Assembly (NCBI GenBank): GCA_964344485.1
Contig: CAYFNF010000004.1
Coordinates: forward strand, 66,069 to 130,068
Source: an uncultured Gammaproteobacteria bacterium
GTDB taxonomy: Bacteria > Patescibacteriota > Patescibacteriia > UBA9570 > XYC2-FULL-38-9
Direction: 5' to 3'
DNA: 64,000 bases
Made by a program: the position numbers and the translations under genes. Shown here one piece after another: positions 9,587 through 17,919 of the stretch (position 1 is the first letter of the stretch; every line of letters begins with the position of its first letter). The notes under the pieces are model-generated. The model searched no databases, had not been told where the DNA came from, and worked only from the letters and a program-made list of their open reading frames with translations.

Positions 9587-9659
9587 GGGCCATTAGCTCA
9601 GCTGGCAGAGCGTTCGCATGGCATGCGAGAGGTCATCGGTTCAAGCCCGATATGGTCCA
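9587..9659 (+). tRNA. tRNA-Ala(GGC)
   Basis: Acceptor GGGCCAT/ATGGTCC with G3:U70, anticodon loop ATGGCAT, T-loop TTCAAGC. Confidence 0.8.
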
Positions 9660-9679
9660 CATCAATTAGCAAAAAGCAT

Positions 9680-9994
9680 ATGACAGAACCAATACAAATG
9701 AAGCGAAAAGAGGCTCAAGATCTAAGAATAATGCGATTAGCACGAGTAATAGTAATGTTAATTGCTCTAGGAGCAGCAATGGGAGAGTATGCTGTTTCAC
9801 GCCCACCACGGAGACCGGATGAGGATCCGCATTCTGAGGTGGATAATGAAATGTCTAATATAGGATTTGAAAAAGTGTCCCAGGCTCAAGTGCAAGAGGA
9901 AGTTGATAAACTATCCCCTGGACTGAAGCAGCAATTATCCGTTGCCATTGATGCAATTAGTGCGGCAATAAGCCAATCTGAAGAACAGGTGTAG
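9680..9994 (+). CDS. Small protein with an N-terminal TM helix and an acidic C-terminus. Start is taken at the first Met after the tRNA.
   Basis: ORF track 9623..9994 overlaps the tRNA, so it is trimmed to the ATG at 9680 (MTEPIQMKRKEAQDLRIMRLARVIVMLIALGAAMG...). Confidence 0.4.
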   Translation: MTEPIQMKRKEAQDLRIMRLARVIVMLIALGAAMGEYAVSRPPRRPDEDPHSEVDNEMSNIGFEKVSQAQVQEEVDKLSPGLKQQLSVAIDAISAAISQSEEQV

Positions 9995-10006
9995 AACAAA
10001 ATACCA

Positions 10007-10035
10007 TTGACAAAAGGGGAAAATTGCGCTATCAT
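10007..10035 (+). promoter_or_regulatory. Sigma70-type promoter TTGACA-17 nt-TATCAT in front of the Cys-rich peptide gene.
   Basis: Read directly. It has a perfect -35 and a near-consensus -10. Confidence 0.5.
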
Positions 10036-10088
10036 TCATAATCGTTTGTTGCTGACAGAGTCGCACTAATTATTAACACAATAAATAT

Positions 10089-10196
10089 ATGTGCGGAGAA
10101 GAAAAAGATCCATGCAAATGCGATCCTAACGATCCAAACTGTGATTGCGATCCTAAGGAGGAAGAGAAAAAGAGTGGTTGCGGATGCAGTTGCTAA
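10089..10196 (+). CDS. 35 aa cysteine-rich peptide MCGEEKDPCKCDPNDPNCDCDPKEEEKKSGCGCSC (9 Cys), metallothionein-like.
   Basis: ATG at 10089, TAA at 10194..10196. It is bracketed by the consensus promoter at 10007 and the intrinsic terminator at 10224. Absent from the ORF track because it is under 60 aa. Confidence 0.4.
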   Translation: MCGEEKDPCKCDPNDPNCDCDPKEEEKKSGCGCSC

Positions 10197-10223
10197 AAGC
10201 AATACTACAGTAGTTTATAGAAA

Positions 10224-10254
10224 ACACCCCTGCAAAGAACAGGGGTGTTTTAAT
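10224..10254. terminator. Intrinsic terminator hairpin CACCCCTG-caaagaa-CAGGGGTG followed by a T-run, with A-run and T-run on either side (bidirectional).
   Basis: Read directly. Confidence 0.6.
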
Positions 10255-10272
10255 TATGTTCCACGTGGAACA
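10255..10272. repeat. 18 bp perfect palindrome ATGTTCCACGTGGAACAT (copy 2).
   Basis: Read directly. Confidence 0.9.
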
Positions 10273-11067
10273 TTATAAATACTCTGACTTTGGAATATCC
10301 CTAGCTGGTCGTGCAATACTCCACATGATTTCAAACATACTCCTAAATGTCTGAATAATGTCTTTAGACTCGATTGTTACTGCAAAAGGCACATCAAAGG
10401 AAGCTATTAATAGCGTATTACCAAATATAGCGTTATCACTCGCAAATTGATACTTTTGGTCAATTACTCGTATTTTATGAAATCTACCGTGGTTTCTCTT
10501 TGCCCACTCAATACTGGTTCTATCATGCGTGACTATCTCACGTGCAGAGGTGCTTCCCTGCGCTAACCAATCTACGAAAGCATCGGAAGTCTGTTTTGGT
10601 ATTGCGGTTTCGAACGCTTCTACGTCCACGCCAAAGAAGTCTATCTGTCGGTTCTCTCGAAACATCTTCCAATATAATTGAGTGAATTCTTCTAGCCCGT
10701 AATAAAAGTGTACATTTGGTTTTGACCCTTGTTTTAGGTATAAATCGTCTAAAAAAGGCTTAATTTTACTGAAAGAATCTAACCGCTCTGTTAATTGTTC
10801 TCCTAGAACATTTGGTTCTGCAGGTTCATATATAGTGGTAGAACCCTTTCTAATATGACGAATCAATGCTTGTTCTTGTAGCTCATCAAGTATCACATAT
10901 GTAGTTGAGCGCTTTATCTTCGACTCCCGTGATATTTCCAGTGCTGTGGCTTGCCCTAATTCAAGAACAGCAAGATACACTCTTGCTTGTTTTTCATTTA
11001 GTCCTAGTTGCTCTAACTCTTGAACAAGCTCCATATCTGTCAAAAATAATGTCAACAGATTATACAT
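10273..11067 (-). CDS. TrmB-family transcriptional regulator.
   Basis: N-terminal wHTH LGLNEKQARVYLAVLELGQATALEIS plus a C-terminal TrmB-like domain. Paralog of 41591..42367. Confidence 0.65.
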   Translation of the reverse strand: MYNLLTLFLTDMELVQELEQLGLNEKQARVYLAVLELGQATALEISRESKIKRSTTYVILDELQEQALIRHIRKGSTTIYEPAEPNVLGEQLTERLDSFSKIKPFLDDLYLKQGSKPNVHFYYGLEEFTQLYWKMFRENRQIDFFGVDVEAFETAIPKQTSDAFVDWLAQGSTSAREIVTHDRTSIEWAKRNHGRFHKIRVIDQKYQFASDNAIFGNTLLIASFDVPFAVTIESKDIIQTFRSMFEIMWSIARPARDIPKSEYL

Positions 11068-11199
11068 ACATTTTAAGGAAATACCATATATAAGTCAAAA
11101 AGCGCCGAAAGTTTTGACAACAATTTTTCTGCGCGGTATGTTCTTCTGTTCTTCTTGGTGTGGGAATCGCCGAGCAGAACATGCTTTGAGGAGGCAGAG

Positions 11200-11727
11200 A
11201 TGAAGCACTCGAAGTTGGCTCTGATCCTGGCAAGCCTGAGCCTGATGCTGGTGATCCCGAGCGTGTCGCGCGCGCAAGAGGAGAAGCCTGAGCCCGCGGT
11301 CAACCTGTTCACCGGAGCGTCCGTGGTCTTCGGTCTTCCGGACCAAGGAGCGCTCATGGGGTACGGATCTGTGGGCGTGGCCGTGCTGATCCCGGTGCGC
11401 GGACGCTTCGCGATCATCCCGGGCGGAGGGTTCGAAATAGCCCCAAAAATGGGCAATTTCGGGCCTTTCTGCAGCGTCGCGTTCGACTTCGCACTCAGCG
11501 ACGTGGTGGCTCTGGACCTGATCGTGGGGCTGGCGTATGACTACGATCCGGTCCTGGGACAGGAGATCGGCAAGCCGCACCAGGGCTACGTCATGGCCGG
11601 GCCAGGCCTCTCATTCCTGCTGCCCAATGGTATGAGCGTGGCGCCTGCGCTGCTCTACTCCGTGAACCTGCAGGGACTGGGGCACTTCCTGAGCCCTAGC
11701 GTGAGCGTGAACATCCCGCTGCCGTAG
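11200..11727 (+). CDS. Secreted Gly-rich beta-rich protein of GC-rich island B.
   Basis: Signal peptide MKHSKLALILASLSLMLVIPSVSRA. SD GAGGAGG lies 5 nt upstream of the ATG at 11200. Confidence 0.5.
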   Translation: MKHSKLALILASLSLMLVIPSVSRAQEEKPEPAVNLFTGASVVFGLPDQGALMGYGSVGVAVLIPVRGRFAIIPGGGFEIAPKMGNFGPFCSVAFDFALSDVVALDLIVGLAYDYDPVLGQEIGKPHQGYVMAGPGLSFLLPNGMSVAPALLYSVNLQGLGHFLSPSVSVNIPLP

Positions 11728-11803
11728 GGATACAACGCAAAAAACGCGATTTCAGGAGCACTCGGAATCACAAATGCCTGTGAATAACCGAGTTTTTTTA
11801 TGT

Positions 11804-11832
11804 TTGATTTTATATTGCTAAAATGCTATAAT
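11804..11832 (+). promoter_or_regulatory. Sigma70-type promoter TTGATT-17 nt-TATAAT upstream of the giant surface-protein gene.
   Basis: Read directly. Confidence 0.45.
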
Positions 11833-12273
11833 ATACGTACAAATAAAAACAAAACACAAAATAAAATAATGGTGAAAGCCATCACATTTTCATTAATTCT
11901 TTTTTAAGTTGCCAGCTCTGGCTTTTTTTATTTGTTTTGTGCTAAGGTAGATCATTCTCCCAAGTATTTGCCTTTAAATTATTATGGCAAAGCAAATCAT
12001 TCAAAACCTTCTGGACTACCTGGAAAACCATGTAAACCTGGGAAACCGAGCGGCCGCGTGCTATTTGCAATTCCCTTATTTTTTCTATATATCGTTCAAG
12101 CGCTAATAGAGTCTTACTACTATCTCTTTCGACCAGCAGCGTGCAGTTTTGCTGTATTAGCAACACAAGAAGTACAAGGTACATACGTACGATCGTTCAA
12201 TCAATATAAATCCATAGCCAGCGGCACCAGATACTATACTGTAAGCCTCTCCACAGTAGTTGTTGCCGCAGTC

Positions 12274-15200
12274 ATGGTTATTAACTTCCTGTCATTTTCA
12301 TTCTGCCACGCTGAAGCTCAACAGATTCGTGCTATTGGAGTTGCTGGTCCTGTTCCAGTGGAAGTTGTGTCGAACACCAATGATTCAGGCGCTGGTTCGC
12401 TGCGACAAGTAATTTTGAATGCAAATGCTTCAGAAGGAATGAGTTTTGCCGCGATAATGACAACTGGAACCCTAGAGCTCGATAGTGAGTTGCCAACTAT
12501 CAATGAACCGATCAATTTCGGTATAGGTGCAGACAACTTTATCATTGATGGGTCGAAGTTAGGTGAAGGTTCTAGAGGAATTCATTTTACGGCAGGAAGC
12601 GACTGGTCATATCTGCCGACTTTCACCATTCAGAACTTTGGTTCAGGTGTCTACATTGACAATACTAGTAACATCAACGGATTAACTGGCTTAACACTCA
12701 CCAACAACGGAGAAGGTTTTTCAGTATATGACAGTTCAGACATTACGATTTCAAATAACACCATCAGCAATAGCACGACCACAGGAATTAATACATGGGA
12801 CGTTGACGATCTGGTTATTAGCGACAATACCGTCACCACACAAACGGTTGGTATTAGTGTAGATGCTGAAGACGAGACTGGCGGTGAGTCCACTACGGTT
12901 TCGATCACTGGCAACACAGTCTCTGATTCAAATGGATCAGTGGACACAGGCCTAGGCATTACCGCACAAGCAGCAGCAGATGTGCTGATTCAGAACAATA
13001 CGATTTATGATTGTGATGAGGAAGGAATTGTCACAGAGGGTGTCGTAACTATGGAAGTAGATCAGAATGAAATATACAACTCGAATGATGGAATAAAAGC
13101 GCGCGGGGATTGTACTGACTGTTCATATACGAACAACTCTATCTATAACACTGCTGACTCGTGCCTCGCCTTGCATCCGACAAACGATGCAATAACAGTG
13201 ACAGGGAATACATTGAATAACTGCGCCTCAGACGCTGGCGATCAAACATACGGACTGGTATTAGGTGCGCCTGGTAGTACTGTTACTGGAAATACATTCA
13301 CGAATATTGATAGTGATCTCGGCGCGTTTATACTAGGAAGTACCGCCACAGGCACGACAATTCAAGGGAATTATTTCGGTGTGACCGAAGCTGGTGTAGA
13401 AGGCGCCAATGGGCCGTATTCAGTATTTTTCTATGGCGGCGGATCCGGCTACACTATTGGAGGAAGTGAAGCGTCTCAAGCAAACACATTTGTAGGAAGT
13501 CCAGCAGCAGAGTTTGCTATGACAGCAGTGACTTCTAGTACCATCTCGGGCAACTATTTCGGTGTGACTGACGAAGGGACAGTTATCGGAGGAACCGTCG
13601 GAATTATTGCGCAACAATCAAGCAACAATACCATCTCTGGAAATACGTTCCGAAAGTTCACGGGATCGGCAATAAGCATGACGAATAACGCTGATGGCAA
13701 CACGATTCAAGATAACACATTTAACACCGGGGATATTGAAGCGATTCACCTGATAAGCGGGTCTTCTGGTAACACGATTTCCGGTAACACGATTACGAAT
13801 TTTGAAGACGGTGTGGAGATTGACGCCACTCAAGACAGCGGAGACGCGACTGAAGGGAATACAGTCACGCAGAATACTATGACTGATATCTCCCAAGATC
13901 CAATTGCGCTAGAAGGCGGTGCGAACGATGGTGTGGAAGCCCCAGTGTTAACATGGTCCTATTTTGATGAAGTTGGGGCCACTGTTATCGGTACTGCATC
14001 AGAAGCAGGAACTGTTGAGGTCTATTATGATGATGACGATGAAATGGAGACCTATGTAGCACAAGCAACTGTGAATGAAGATCTATCTTGGTGGTGGTCC
14101 AATATATCAGTGACAGAAATTCCTGACGGAACTGCATACACCGCATCATTCACAGATGAAGACGGGAACACTTCAGAGATACATGTGGACGGTGAAGCGC
14201 CAACCACATCAGCATCCATTTCAGGCGGTAACTATGAAACAGCGCAGACCGTTACACTCTCTGTTGCTGATAATACAGATCCGTATGCAGTTCGCTACTA
14301 CTTGATTGGTGGAGATGGAGAAGGTGCAGGAATGAGTATGGCAGCAGATGTCTACCAAGAGTACACCGAGGCCATCACAATCTCCGAGGATACTGTACTC
14401 TACTACTACTCTATTGATGATGACGGAAATCAAGAAGAGTCACATCAAGAGATATACACTATTGGTGCAGAAGCTGTAGAGATTTCAGATTTACAGATTA
14501 AGACAATAGATGAAAAATCCGTAGACATTGTTTGGATCACGAACGTCCTAGCAGACTCTACCGTGTATTACGGCACAGATCCAGATAATCTTACCAACAG
14601 TAAAAATGACGATTCCTTAGTCACAAATCATACCATTAGTCTTACAGAACTTACACAAGATGTTACGTACTATATTATTGTTGAAAGCACCAACGGTAGT
14701 ACCACAGACACTGTAAAGTCAAGTTTTGTTATTTCCTCTGAGCCAGCCACCGAGGATGTTGAAATATCTAATGTGAAGGTGTCGAGCATCGCTAGTACCA
14801 CAGCAACCGTGACCTGGACCACGAACGTCGCTGCAGACTCCACAGTGTACTACGGAAAGAACAAGGACAAGCTGACTAAGAACGTTCACTCTTCAACACT
14901 AACCACCTCCCATAGTATTGAATTATCTAGCTTAGAATCTGGCGTGACCTACTATATTCGCGTTGAAAGCACAGACGGTAGCACTACAGACACTGCGACA
15001 TCGAACTTTACCACCACAGTAGAGCCGCCAGAGATCGTTTCGCCAGAAGATGGAGCGTACTACTTTACACCGTACATGACATTAGAAGAAGAGCCGATCT
15101 CAGTAGAGTTGCAAAATCCAGATTTAACCTCAGGGCGAAACCGTGTGTATGTTGATGACACGCAACAGACTAATACCAACGGCAAGAAATATGTTGAGAT

Positions 15201-17247
15201 TGAAGAGGACGGTAGTGCAACGTTTGATATTCCAGTAGAAGACAATGAATCGTTAACGAATGACGGGCACAAGTTGACTGCTGACGCGAAAAGCGACCAA
15301 GGCGTAGAGTCTGAAGCATCCGAACCAGTGAAGTTTGCCATGGCGTCAAAGACCACGCTTGAAACGTTCGTGGTTGAGCCAGATAAAAATAAACGCAGTG
15401 CCACTGCAACCAATACCACACTGATTTCGCAACCAACGTTTACTTCCATTGCACCAGGGAAGAAGAACGCGACTGTTGAGATGTGGATTCGAAATTCGAC
15501 CTATACATCATGGACTCTGGAGGGAGAAGCAACTATCCAGAATCCTGGAGAAGACATAATTAACTTCAAACGCAAACCGTACTTGTCATTACCAACAGGA
15601 AAGAATGATGTAAAATTTGTCGCATACGATAAAGACGGTGAAGAGTACTGGGAGTCAGATCCATTCTCTATTGTGTATTACAAACCAACCCCAGTGGTGT
15701 TTGTTGGCGCTGAAGAGAACTATCAAGGATCATATAAGAAACCACTGTTAACAGGACTTGCCGGGTCGGGTTGGCATGTGGATGTGTATATTGATGACGT
15801 GCTGAACGGCACATTCCAAGCAGCTAGTGATCCATCTGGTACAGCAAGCTTTTCATATGAGCCATTCTTAGACTTAGACCTTGGTGAACATTCAGTCGTG
15901 TTTCGAACATATGAAGCAAATGGCAAGCCAACCATAGATACCAGCGGCACGTTTACAGTCACAGCAACTACGACAACAACTCCAACTCCATCAACAGATG
16001 ACGAGTCTCCAACAGAAGACGGTACTCCAGACGAAGAGACTCCAACAGAGGATCCTGAGAAAGAGAAGGAAGAAGAGGAGGACGAAAAAGAAAAAGAAAA
16101 GGACAAAAAGAAGGAAGAAGAGGAGGAGTATACAGTTCTACCAATTAAGGAAGAGTTGGTTGGTGAGACCACAGAAGATGATGACGGTGTTGTGGTGTAT
16201 GGGAACACTGATCCGAACCAAGAAGTCACCATTGATATCTGTACAGGAGAGCGAGAGACAGAAGTGGTCGTTACCTCAGATGATGAAGGAGTCTTTCAAG
16301 CAGAGCTGATTAAGGACGAGTTTCCTCCTGGCAAGACTACTATTATCGCTACAACCAAAGGAGGTACACAAAAGATTATTGGAAACTTTGTGAAGCAAGC
16401 TGAGCAGCGGACCAGCAGAACGTTCTTGCTAGTGCTGATCAATTTAATAGCGGTCTGGCTGATATCACTTCTAGTAAATTACTTCTATAATCGAAATCCA
16501 AGCCCACCGCGTTTGCAGAAGATTACCCTACCTCGATTGTCACAGATGGTTGCCATGGGCGTTGTGAGTGCCGCGCTTGCTGGTTTAGGTGGGTATGCAT
16601 ACTTCACGCAACCTCAAGGAGAGCAAGTTGCCTTCACCTCTTCACTGAACTTACCGGACTTCTCGGTCACATCTGTAAATAACCAGGAAGTGAAGCCTGG
16701 GCAAGAACTCGTCTTTGAAGCTGGTGATACGATTACGATTCGAGGTATTGCACCTCCGGGTGTATACGGATCAGTCACGATCTGTGATGAAGTAGAGTCG
16801 TATACCTTCACGGTGGATGATGACGGACAATGGGAGTTAGTCATTCCAATAGAAGAAGTGCCGAACTTCCAAGCAGTGTACAGTGCATCTCTAGTTGATG
16901 ATGATGGAGAAGAAGTCGCACCAAGTACATCAATTGCTGATATTGAAATTCAAGACGCACAAGATCCAGTGCTGAATTGGGTGATTGTTTGCGTTATCGT
17001 GTTATTAATCATTACTACCAATAAATTGGAGTGGGATATCTTCCGCCGCATTAACTTCCAAAGATTTGAAGAGCTTCCTAAAGCAGAGACAGTCCCGAGC
17101 GCTCCCGAAGAGGGTCGACCCGCAGAGCAGGCGTCATTGTTTCATGAAGCAGAGCCTCCTGATGTGAATGAGCCAGAAGTCACTGATGAAGATGCTGGCA
17201 ACGAGAAAGAACCCGAGGACCCAGACAAGTACACTAGCGTGTTTTAG
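12274..17247 (+). CDS. Giant surface-anchored protein of about 1,650 to 1,770 aa. It contains parallel beta-helix repeats, two FN3-like repeats, Ig-like domains, an acidic T/E/K-rich linker, a TM helix and an acidic tail. The frame is open from a TTG at 11932, so the true start is uncertain between 11932 and 12274.
   Basis: Repeated NNTISGNTF-type beta-helix turns. Duplicated ...STVYYG...TYYI.VESTDGSTTDT modules. TM LLVLINLIAVWLISLLV. Confidence 0.65.
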   Translation: MVINFLSFSFCHAEAQQIRAIGVAGPVPVEVVSNTNDSGAGSLRQVILNANASEGMSFAAIMTTGTLELDSELPTINEPINFGIGADNFIIDGSKLGEGSRGIHFTAGSDWSYLPTFTIQNFGSGVYIDNTSNINGLTGLTLTNNGEGFSVYDSSDITISNNTISNSTTTGINTWDVDDLVISDNTVTTQTVGISVDAEDETGGESTTVSITGNTVSDSNGSVDTGLGITAQAAADVLIQNNTIYDCDEEGIVTEGVVTMEVDQNEIYNSNDGIKARGDCTDCSYTNNSIYNTADSCLALHPTNDAITVTGNTLNNCASDAGDQTYGLVLGAPGSTVTGNTFTNIDSDLGAFILGSTATGTTIQGNYFGVTEAGVEGANGPYSVFFYGGGSGYTIGGSEASQANTFVGSPAAEFAMTAVTSSTISGNYFGVTDEGTVIGGTVGIIAQQSSNNTISGNTFRKFTGSAISMTNNADGNTIQDNTFNTGDIEAIHLISGSSGNTISGNTITNFEDGVEIDATQDSGDATEGNTVTQNTMTDISQDPIALEGGANDGVEAPVLTWSYFDEVGATVIGTASEAGTVEVYYDDDDEMETYVAQATVNEDLSWWWSNISVTEIPDGTAYTASFTDEDGNTSEIHVDGEAPTTSASISGGNYETAQTVTLSVADNTDPYAVRYYLIGGDGEGAGMSMAADVYQEYTEAITISEDTVLYYYSIDDDGNQEESHQEIYTIGAEAVEISDLQIKTIDEKSVDIVWITNVLADSTVYYGTDPDNLTNSKNDDSLVTNHTISLTELTQDVTYYIIVESTNGSTTDTVKSSFVISSEPATEDVEISNVKVSSIASTTATVTWTTNVAADSTVYYGKNKDKLTKNVHSSTLTTSHSIELSSLESGVTYYIRVESTDGSTTDTATSNFTTTVEPPEIVSPEDGAYYFTPYMTLEEEPISVELQNPDLTSGRNRVYVDDTQQTNTNGKKYVEIEEDGSATFDIPVEDNESLTNDGHKLTADAKSDQGVESEASEPVKFAMASKTTLETFVVEPDKNKRSATATNTTLISQPTFTSIAPGKKNATVEMWIRNSTYTSWTLEGEATIQNPGEDIINFKRKPYLSLPTGKNDVKFVAYDKDGEEYWESDPFSIVYYKPTPVVFVGAEENYQGSYKKPLLTGLAGSGWHVDVYIDDVLNGTFQAASDPSGTASFSYEPFLDLDLGEHSVVFRTYEANGKPTIDTSGTFTVTATTTTTPTPSTDDESPTEDGTPDEETPTEDPEKEKEEEEDEKEKEKDKKKEEEEEYTVLPIKEELVGETTEDDDGVVVYGNTDPNQEVTIDICTGERETEVVVTSDDEGVFQAELIKDEFPPGKTTIIATTKGGTQKIIGNFVKQAEQRTSRTFLLVLINLIAVWLISLLVNYFYNRNPSPPRLQKITLPRLSQMVAMGVVSAALAGLGGYAYFTQPQGEQVAFTSSLNLPDFSVTSVNNQEVKPGQELVFEAGDTITIRGIAPPGVYGSVTICDEVESYTFTVDDDGQWELVIPIEEVPNFQAVYSASLVDDDGEEVAPSTSIADIEIQDAQDPVLNWVIVCVIVLLIITTNKLEWDIFRRINFQRFEELPKAETVPSAPEEGRPAEQASLFHEAEPPDVNEPEVTDEDAGNEKEPEDPDKYTSVF

Positions 17248-17332
17248 CGTTAGGTTGAAAATAGTAAAAAAGGGCTAACATTAGCCAATATTTTCATCTT
17301 TCATGTATGCGTATTGCGTTGGTTTTTTTGCA

Positions 17333-17361
17333 TTGACTTTCTAGTTGCTCTGTAATACAAT
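17333..17361 (+). promoter_or_regulatory. Sigma70-type promoter TTGACT-17 nt-TACAAT.
   Basis: Read directly. Confidence 0.45.
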
Positions 17362-17367
17362 AGAGCC

Positions 17368-17524
17368 CCTGATAGCAGGGAAATCTATGCAACAGAACAA
17401 GACACAACTCATTTTTTCACAGTATCACTGCATTAGCATGCAGTACTTGATAGTGGATCCTGAGTTGTAAATACACTTCTATTTATGAGCTTCAGCTCCG
17501 GATCCAATCCGGAGCTTTTCAATT
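17368..17524 (+). ncRNA. Candidate roughly 160 nt small transcript bounded by the promoter at 17333 and the terminator at 17494. It could alternatively encode a 27 aa peptide MQQNKTQLIFSQYHCISMQYLIVDPEL (ATG at 17387).
   Basis: A strong promoter and a strong hairpin terminator flank a short region with no track ORF. Confidence 0.3.
17494..17524 (+). terminator. Intrinsic terminator: 10 bp perfect stem AGCTCCGGAT-cca-ATCCGGAGCT followed by TTTTC.
   Basis: Read directly. Confidence 0.65.
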
Positions 17525-17919
17525 TGCAGCAGTGACCTTCTGAGGATGGATGCATTATACGGCGTTCATCTTGAGGGGGTCACCAAGGACGAGCAATCAT
17601 AGTCATCTTGCGTGGCCAACCCCTCGCAGCTAACTCGTAACAAGATGTCTATGGCTAGAACACTTGCTACTCTGCTCATCCTTGCAGCGTTGTGGGAGGC
17701 CCAGCATGGGCATTTCCACGAGCACATCGAACCTCATCCAGCGAGAGTTGTTCAACGAGCTCCGATCACTCGGAACTTGACGAATGCCCGCTTGGCGTGG
17801 GACGCAGCTGCAACAGCCCATTGAGTTTTACTCATGGGCTTCTTTTCTGGGTCGGTCTTGATATCAGGCTCGCCGTTGCATAATTGCACTCTTTTCTGTA
17901 GAGTAAAGACAGAACATAT

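Noticed and set aside
12040-12060. NotI site (GCGGCCGC) inside the AT-rich 5' extension of the giant protein ORF, as a possible cloning scar.
   Set aside because: It is a single 8-mer with no vector-like flanks. It is most likely a chance occurrence and is mentioned only in passing.
17560-17900. Candidate tmRNA, RNase P RNA or SRP RNA in the moderately GC-rich non-coding stretch.
   Set aside because: None of the hallmark motifs I know was found by eye. These are the tRNA-like 3' end with a TTCGA T-loop and a tag-peptide frame ending in AA* for tmRNA, the P4 AGTCCGG...ACAGAA.CCGGCTTA pair for RNase P, and the domain IV GGAAGGAAGCAGC-like motif for SRP RNA. The region is kept only as an unassigned element.
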